Source: a virus. From it: DNA of 64,000 bases. Under the pieces are notes generated by a model. It saw only the letters and a list, made by a program, of their open reading frames with translations. It was not told the origin of the DNA and searched no databases. Below, piece after piece: positions 59,053 to 64,000 of the stretch. Positions within the stretch are counted from its first letter, which is position 1, and the number at the start of each line of letters is the position of its first letter. The position numbers and the translations under genes are program-made. The stretch is from positions 108,893 to 172,892 of IMG/VR virus record IMGVR_UViG_3300037488_003551. One strand, 5' to 3'.

Positions 59053-59848
59053 GCAGTTCTCCTGTTGCTCGGTCCTTGGCGGGGCACAGTGCTTGGTAGT
59101 CACACCAATCACAGAGACGGCTTGGTTGTACGTTGTCTAGGTTTTCAGCTGCCGCGCGTGTCGTGGTATTGAGGTGCTCCACCACCTTATCTACCCACTC
59201 GGCAACTCCAGAAACTTCGATAGGTTTGCCCACGTCGGTGTACTCATCCTGAACCCAATGAATAGCGGGTATGACGTGAGTAATCTCAGGATAGTTGGCT
59301 TTTGCCAAAAGCGTATAGGCCAGGAATTGCCAATTATAATATCCCAATCCCCGGTTTTTACCTGTTTTATGATCGATAACCATGAGATGTGGGCGGTCTT
59401 TGAAAAGAATACCTACGTCCAAAACTCCGCGGAGTAAACCCGCGTTATTATAGAAAGCGGTAGGGTTTCCCGTGAAGGTTGACGCTATCTTTTTTTCAAC
59501 AAGCAAATCAGCTCCTCCGAGTTTATCGATAAAGGCAAATGTTCGGCGCAAGAAAGTTGCGACTGCAGGCATGGCCGCTTCTATTTTTTCGCGCTCAACG
59601 GTCAGCAGTGTCACCTTGGGATCGTTAAGTGCTATCCCTTTCGCATCGTCAAGGGATTTACCCGTAAGGCAGAGCTCTAGAATTCTATGAACAGTAATTC
59701 CAACTTGAGCTTCTTCTCCTGGGCGGCCTTTTGCAGTCTTTTGTATGTACGCGTACTTGAATTTTAAGGGGCATTGCTTTGCCGTATCTGCCTTGCTAGC
59801 AGACCAAGGTGCGTATTTTTTCACGAACGGAGTGGGTTCTACCGACAT
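59000..59848 (-). CDS. PD-(D/E)XK nuclease (Cas4/RecB-like exonuclease)
   Basis: 'SAS...CPLKF', 'G..VH', 'RGVLD', 'IDHKTG' and 'CDWCDYQALCP'. Confidence 0.85.
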   Translation of the reverse strand: MSVEPTPFVKKYAPWSASKADTAKQCPLKFKYAYIQKTAKGRPGEEAQVGITVHRILELCLTGKSLDDAKGIALNDPKVTLLTVEREKIEAAMPAVATFLRRTFAFIDKLGGADLLVEKKIASTFTGNPTAFYNNAGLLRGVLDVGILFKDRPHLMVIDHKTGKNRGLGYYNWQFLAYTLLAKANYPEITHVIPAIHWVQDEYTDVGKPIEVSGVAEWVDKVVEHLNTTTRAAAENLDNVQPSRLCDWCDYQALCPAKDRATGELHGDQVQEQSLLPSDGGL

Positions 59849-59866
59849 AGTGTAATTCCTCTCGAG

Positions 59867-59924
59867 AAAAAAAGACCGCTGAGGCGCGATGCTTCCTGGG
59901 AGGGAAAGCACTGCGTCTCAGCGG
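59867..59924 (-). terminator. Long-stem intrinsic terminator or structured RNA
   Basis: CCGCTGAGACGC...GCGCCTCAGCGG with an inner TGCTT/AAGCA stem, followed by TC and T7. Confidence 0.7.
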
Positions 59925-59937
59925 CCTAGGTCATACC

Positions 59938-60918
59938 TTATACGTCTGCGTTAATCGCTTCGTATCCGCCAAAGCCTGTGTCAGCTTCGACGGTGGTTAC
60001 TGTTGCAGTACCTGTAACGGTCTGCGCGTTCTCTGATGTGGAGGGTTTACTGATGTCGGCGTAGCAACGAGCGATGGCAGGGAAGACATAGTCCCGACCT
60101 GCAGCGCAGTAGAAAGCGTCACAGAGCGGATGTAGCGCTGCGGGGACTACGCCTTCGGGACCGGGTATTGCTTCCACGGTAAAGACGAACCAACGATTTT
60201 TCTTGTCAGTACTAACTTGTGCAGCGGTCTTTATAGAGTACCAGCGTTGCCAAAGCTGTGGAGTTCTCCCTGCGAACTTGAGCAACTGGCGGCCGGCGCC
60301 TTCCGATGTTCGAGCAAAACGCACCAAGGCGATTTCTTTTCCATCTTGGGCGAGCATAAATGCGCTGATGTTATTCTTGCACGTCATTTCGGTTCTGTCC
60401 GCACCGGGACGCCAGGGGAGATACTGACATTTTTGACACTCTCCGAAAGTGCTTCCCATTTTGCGGTCGTTTGAATAGCAAATTGTTTTAGGGAGCGAAT
60501 TTGGGTCAGGCTTCTCGGTGTATTCACGTCCTTCCCAAATAAAAAGCGGAGTACCGATGAATTCTTTTCCGACTTTATTGTCGGCGCCTGCACTGTAATA
60601 CATCTCGCCCGGAATTAAATCCGGTGGGCGTTGGGGGTCATTTCCTGTTCCATGGAAGAGTTTGAGGTCTGCATGGAAAGACTGAGCTCGGTCGCTGACG
60701 ATTCCTTTTCTTTCAGGGCTGAGTCTCTTTAAGATATCGTAAAGAGTATCCTTTTGAGAGAGGTCATCAGGGAGAGCATCGACGAGCTCGAAAAGCGCAT
60801 TGGGGTTTTTGTAATCGCGGTCAACACTTAGGATGCGTTGCCCGTATTCGCGAACGAAGGACGCGTATTCTTTGTACTTTTCGAGGATGGGTGATTCAAT
60901 CTTCGTGATATTACTCAT
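59938..60918 (-). CDS. Putative ssDNA-binding/recombination protein
   Basis: Lies upstream of the nuclease-primase-polymerase block; 'C.S.D...G...C..C...PW...C' core and an acidic flexible tail. Confidence 0.45.
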   Translation of the reverse strand: MSNITKIESPILEKYKEYASFVREYGQRILSVDRDYKNPNALFELVDALPDDLSQKDTLYDILKRLSPERKGIVSDRAQSFHADLKLFHGTGNDPQRPPDLIPGEMYYSAGADNKVGKEFIGTPLFIWEGREYTEKPDPNSLPKTICYSNDRKMGSTFGECQKCQYLPWRPGADRTEMTCKNNISAFMLAQDGKEIALVRFARTSEGAGRQLLKFAGRTPQLWQRWYSIKTAAQVSTDKKNRWFVFTVEAIPGPEGVVPAALHPLCDAFYCAAGRDYVFPAIARCYADISKPSTSENAQTVTGTATVTTVEADTGFGGYEAINADV

Positions 60919-60964
60919 CTTTTTTCCAGGTACCTTTCTTTCCGTGTTTTTTTCAGGGATAGGA

Positions 60965-60994
60965 ATCCTACCACTGGGATGTTGCCTTGCGCAA
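60965..60994 (-). promoter_or_regulatory. Sigma70-type promoter for the replication block
   Basis: - strand TTGCGC-18 nt-TAGGAT with extended -10 TG, about 45 nt upstream of ATG 60918. Confidence 0.45.
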
Positions 60995-61038
60995 GTCTCC
61001 TGTGCTCTAATATAAATAAACAGGAGGTATTTTTGTAA

Positions 61039-61986
61039 ATGAGCGAAAACTATAGCGACCGAACATTCCAGGCGTACTATAACGATGTTGGTCGGCATGC
61101 TATAATAACAGCTGCCGAAGAGTACGCATATTTGGTTCGTTATAAAACTTGCCCGTGTTGTAATAAACGACTGCCGAAACTTGTGCGACAGAATGTGTGT
61201 CCAGCCTGTCGAAAACCAGTTACCGAATATCTGCCTCAAGGGCGTCCTGTTATTTGTGTAAAGTGTACTACACGTTTTGACTCTTTTAAACCTCCTTCGT
61301 ACTGCCCGTTGTGCGGGGCGAATCGTGATTTAGAAGCGCGTGAAAAACTCTTACAGGCCAACCTCCGTTTCGTTGTGAAAATTGCCAAAAAATTTGCTAA
61401 GACCCCGCAGTCAATTCAGCGTCTTATCTCTGCCGGAAATGTGGGGTTAGTCTTAGCGATAGATAAATATGAGTTCAAGCACGGCACTCGTTTTCTTACC
61501 TATGCCGCTTGGTGGATCAGAAAAGAAATGTGGGACGAGTTACATAAAACGAGCCTCGTGCATATACCGTTACACAGACAGCGTGATAAAAAATCGATGC
61601 CAGAGTATGACAGTTTTGAGTTAATGGTTGAGCAAGACCTCTCGCAACATTCCCTTATACCACTAGAAAGCACACCTTCTCACGCGAGTATGGCGAGCGA
61701 AGACGGTGAAGTTGAGGCGAAGGTAATCGACGCGGATAGCGCAGCGCTCTTACGCAAAATGGTAGACGGTTTAGACTTACGCCCTCGAGACAAGTTTATT
61801 ATTCTACAGCATTACGATGTCGCGGAAGAGGCACGTAGGACTGAAGAAAAAACGTTAATGCAAATTGCGTCTGCTGCGGGGATTACGTCTGAGAGAGTTC
61901 GTCAGATTCGAGATGGGGTGTTGGTGAAGTTGAAGGCGAAGTTGCAGAAGTCTTGCTCAATCGGGGATTTTTCAGAGCTTTATTAG
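61039..61986 (+). CDS. RpoD/RpoH-like sigma70 factor with double Zn-ribbon insertion
   Basis: Region 1.2 'YYNDV...ITAAEE', region 2 'ANLRFVVKIAKK...GNVGL...RFLTYAAWWIR' and region 4 'TSERVRQI'; four CxxC between 1.2 and 2. Confidence 0.88.
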   Translation: MSENYSDRTFQAYYNDVGRHAIITAAEEYAYLVRYKTCPCCNKRLPKLVRQNVCPACRKPVTEYLPQGRPVICVKCTTRFDSFKPPSYCPLCGANRDLEAREKLLQANLRFVVKIAKKFAKTPQSIQRLISAGNVGLVLAIDKYEFKHGTRFLTYAAWWIRKEMWDELHKTSLVHIPLHRQRDKKSMPEYDSFELMVEQDLSQHSLIPLESTPSHASMASEDGEVEAKVIDADSAALLRKMVDGLDLRPRDKFIILQHYDVAEEARRTEEKTLMQIASAAGITSERVRQIRDGVLVKLKAKLQKSCSIGDFSELY

Positions 61987-63044
61987 TCGGAGTCTGCCAG
62001 ACTCACCGCCATTTGGAGTCCTTGCATAATGCAGCTGTACTTATTGCGCGTAGGCGGGTTGCGCGCATTGTTCTTTTTATCCTGATACTTGTTCAGAAGC
62101 TCTCCTAGACGCTTAGAAGAGAGGGGTTTCATGGACTTGAGATACCCCGAGTCGAGGTAGTCGTAGTTCTCTTTTTTGATGGCGATTTTACGGCCGCGCT
62201 TTTTCTCTTCCTTTTTACCCGCTGCCTTATCGACGGCGCGGCGCTGGCCTACCCACTTGTCGACTACCGCGGCGATGGTTCCTGTCGTGAGCTTCCCCGC
62301 CTTTACTTTTTCGATAATGCGGTCGAAGTACTTCACGTCACGAGGATCGTCGTAGTTGAATCGGCACAGAGCAATCGCTGCCGTGACGTCGAGCTTGCCC
62401 GTGCTCAGCATCTTCTTGGCTTCGTCAGGGAGGCATTCCAGGCGGAGGTACTGATTGACTTGGTTGTCGCTGTAGCCCGTGGCTTGGGCTATTTCCTTCA
62501 CGGTATTTCCCAAGTCGCGCTGCGCGCTGAAAGTTCGGCTAAGTTCCAGAGGAGTGTGGTCTTCTCGTGCGAGATTTGCCAGGAGGCTCTGAAGCTGTGC
62601 TTGCTTTTCGTCCGCGCACGTGGACACGGTAACAGGCACTTCGGTGATGCCCGCTTCCTTGAGTGCGGCATACCGTCGGCGCCCATCGATGAGCTGCAGC
62701 TTGCCGTCAGTACGATAGAAAACGACGAGAGGTACCAGCAATCCTTCGGCAACAATAGACTTCGTCAACTTGTCGATGTTCTGGAGCTTATCGCGATTCC
62801 AAGTACCGGAGAGCTCGATGTCCTTGAGCTTCACCTTTGTCGTGGCCATGGGAGCGTCTTTTTTCCCAACCACGATTTCCTTCTTCTTCGGATTCACAAA
62901 AATTGGTGGAGCTTCTTTTGGAATCGTTATCGGAAGAAGTTCGTCGATGGTTCCGACGAGCTCGTTATAGGCAGCTTCTTCTTCCGCTTTTTTGCCCACA
63001 GTTGTGACTGGAACTTTTTCAGTTTCAAAATCGTCTTGTGTCAT
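61983..63044 (-). CDS. ParB/Spo0J-family protein
   Basis: 'SIVAEGLLVPL', 'IDGRRRYAA', 'ANLAREDHTPLE' and an HTH. Confidence 0.85.
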   Translation of the reverse strand: MTQDDFETEKVPVTTVGKKAEEEAAYNELVGTIDELLPITIPKEAPPIFVNPKKKEIVVGKKDAPMATTKVKLKDIELSGTWNRDKLQNIDKLTKSIVAEGLLVPLVVFYRTDGKLQLIDGRRRYAALKEAGITEVPVTVSTCADEKQAQLQSLLANLAREDHTPLELSRTFSAQRDLGNTVKEIAQATGYSDNQVNQYLRLECLPDEAKKMLSTGKLDVTAAIALCRFNYDDPRDVKYFDRIIEKVKAGKLTTGTIAAVVDKWVGQRRAVDKAAGKKEEKKRGRKIAIKKENYDYLDSGYLKSMKPLSSKRLGELLNKYQDKKNNARNPPTRNKYSCIMQGLQMAVSLADSD

Positions 63045-63313
63045 ACCGGTTCGTCTCCTGTTTCACGCAGTTCGCGCAGTACGGCATCCTTGTCAACCAA
63101 GCGGAGGTCTATGTGCCTCATGGGGGTCCCCTCAAGGATGGCTCCAAGGGCATGGAAGAGCTCCACCGCCAACGGAATCAGGCTGTTGTCGCTGTTGTAC
63201 ACGACCATGTACAACGCCCGGATTTTTCGAATGGCGTCGCGGTCAGACCCGCGGAACCTCTTCGAAGGGGGCGCTGCCGTGGACGATGCAGCGCGGGGTT
63301 GGGCTCTCGGCAT
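63041..63313 (-). CDS. Hypothetical protein
   Basis: GAGGTG RBS; ATGA coupling to parB. Confidence 0.5.
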   Translation of the reverse strand: MPRAQPRAASSTAAPPSKRFRGSDRDAIRKIRALYMVVYNSDNSLIPLAVELFHALGAILEGTPMRHIDLRLVDKDAVLRELRETGDEPV

Positions 63314-63409
63314 CTAACACCTCTGCTCCGCAAAGAGGACACCGCAGTTTTCCATCTGCAGCATTCTTTTGTAGGTCGGAAATGGACTCTTCCACCCCAT
63401 ACTTCTCCA

Positions 63410-63850
63410 TCAGATCGCCTCTTCCACTTCGGTCTCGGTGGTAGTCGCGGCTGCATCAACCATCGCAGCTGCTGTCTCACCCTTCTTGGCGCGCGGCTTG
63501 CGGACCTTGGGCTCGGCATTCGCGTCCTGCTCGTTGAAGATGTCCGCGACGAGGTCGGTGATGCGTGCCGTACAGCCTCGGCGCTTGCCCTCTCCGGCCT
63601 CGCGCGAGCAGATATCGTAGAGAACCTTGTGCTCGTACTTCTTGGTCTCCGGGTTGAGCTGCAGCACGATGATTGCCGGAGGCTCGTCGACCTCCGCCAG
63701 GCCGGCGACGACTTCCTCGATGTGGGCGAGGGTCACTTTGCGGGTCTTGCTCTGGTCCATGAGGCGCTGGGCATCCTCGAGATTCCCAATGGATTCTTCG
63801 GCCTTACCACAGCGTCCGCACTTCTTCGTGATCTTCAGTTGAGCGTTCAT
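63410..63850 (-). CDS. Hypothetical protein with CxxC motif
   Basis: GAGG RBS; 'CGRC...C...C' and a basic/acidic tail. Confidence 0.55.
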   Translation of the reverse strand: MNAQLKITKKCGRCGKAEESIGNLEDAQRLMDQSKTRKVTLAHIEEVVAGLAEVDEPPAIIVLQLNPETKKYEHKVLYDICSREAGEGKRRGCTARITDLVADIFNEQDANAEPKVRKPRAKKGETAAAMVDAAATTTETEVEEAI

Positions 63851-64000
63851 TCTTTGAATTACCTCTTGAGTTTTTCTAACGTTTTCGGTCCGACAATCCC
63901 GTCGACGACGAGAGATTCTGGGCGATTGTCATTACATCTCCGTTGAAAGCTGATTACGACCTCCTTTGTTTTTTCTCCGTAAATACCATCGACAGTCAGT

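Noticed and set aside
59000-59848. Cas4 indicating a CRISPR-Cas locus
   Set aside because: No cas1/cas2 or array; it is a typical stand-alone phage PD-(D/E)XK nuclease in a replication block.
1-64000. Alternative genetic code, tRNA or rRNA genes
   Set aside because: Standard-code ORFs tile the window densely with intact motifs, and no tRNA or rRNA signatures were seen.

Overview
The window is a 64-kb piece of a large, probably jumbo, contractile-tailed dsDNA phage (Caudoviricetes). Mostly + strand virion genes include a tailspike, tail chaperone, tape measure, SLT-bearing hub, amidase, gp25- and J-like baseplate proteins, tail fibre and a gpA-type terminase. They are interleaved with mostly - strand replication and accessory genes: dNMP kinase, DinG helicase, RuvC, a UDG-fused family A DNA polymerase with a mini-intein, primase-helicase, PD-(D/E)XK nuclease, ParB, and a MoxR/vWA pair. 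There are also two sigma factors and a solo TnpB. The top finding is a candidate split retron. A retron-type reverse transcriptase (44076-45218, -) sits in a tightly overlapping operon (vWA-peptidase, Cys-rich ORF, RT, Cys-rich ORF) with no adjacent space for an ncRNA. About 33 kb away, an intergenic element (10588-10761, -) shows canonical msr-msd architecture: a1/a2 inverted repeat, unpaired G, two short stem-loops, a long hairpin and a U-tract. Other findings are an open -1 frameshift in the tail chaperone, a sigma70 with a double zinc-ribbon insert, an AT-hook protein, a K-x-A-rich probable head protein and GATC depletion. All calls come from reading motifs by eye; no searches were run.
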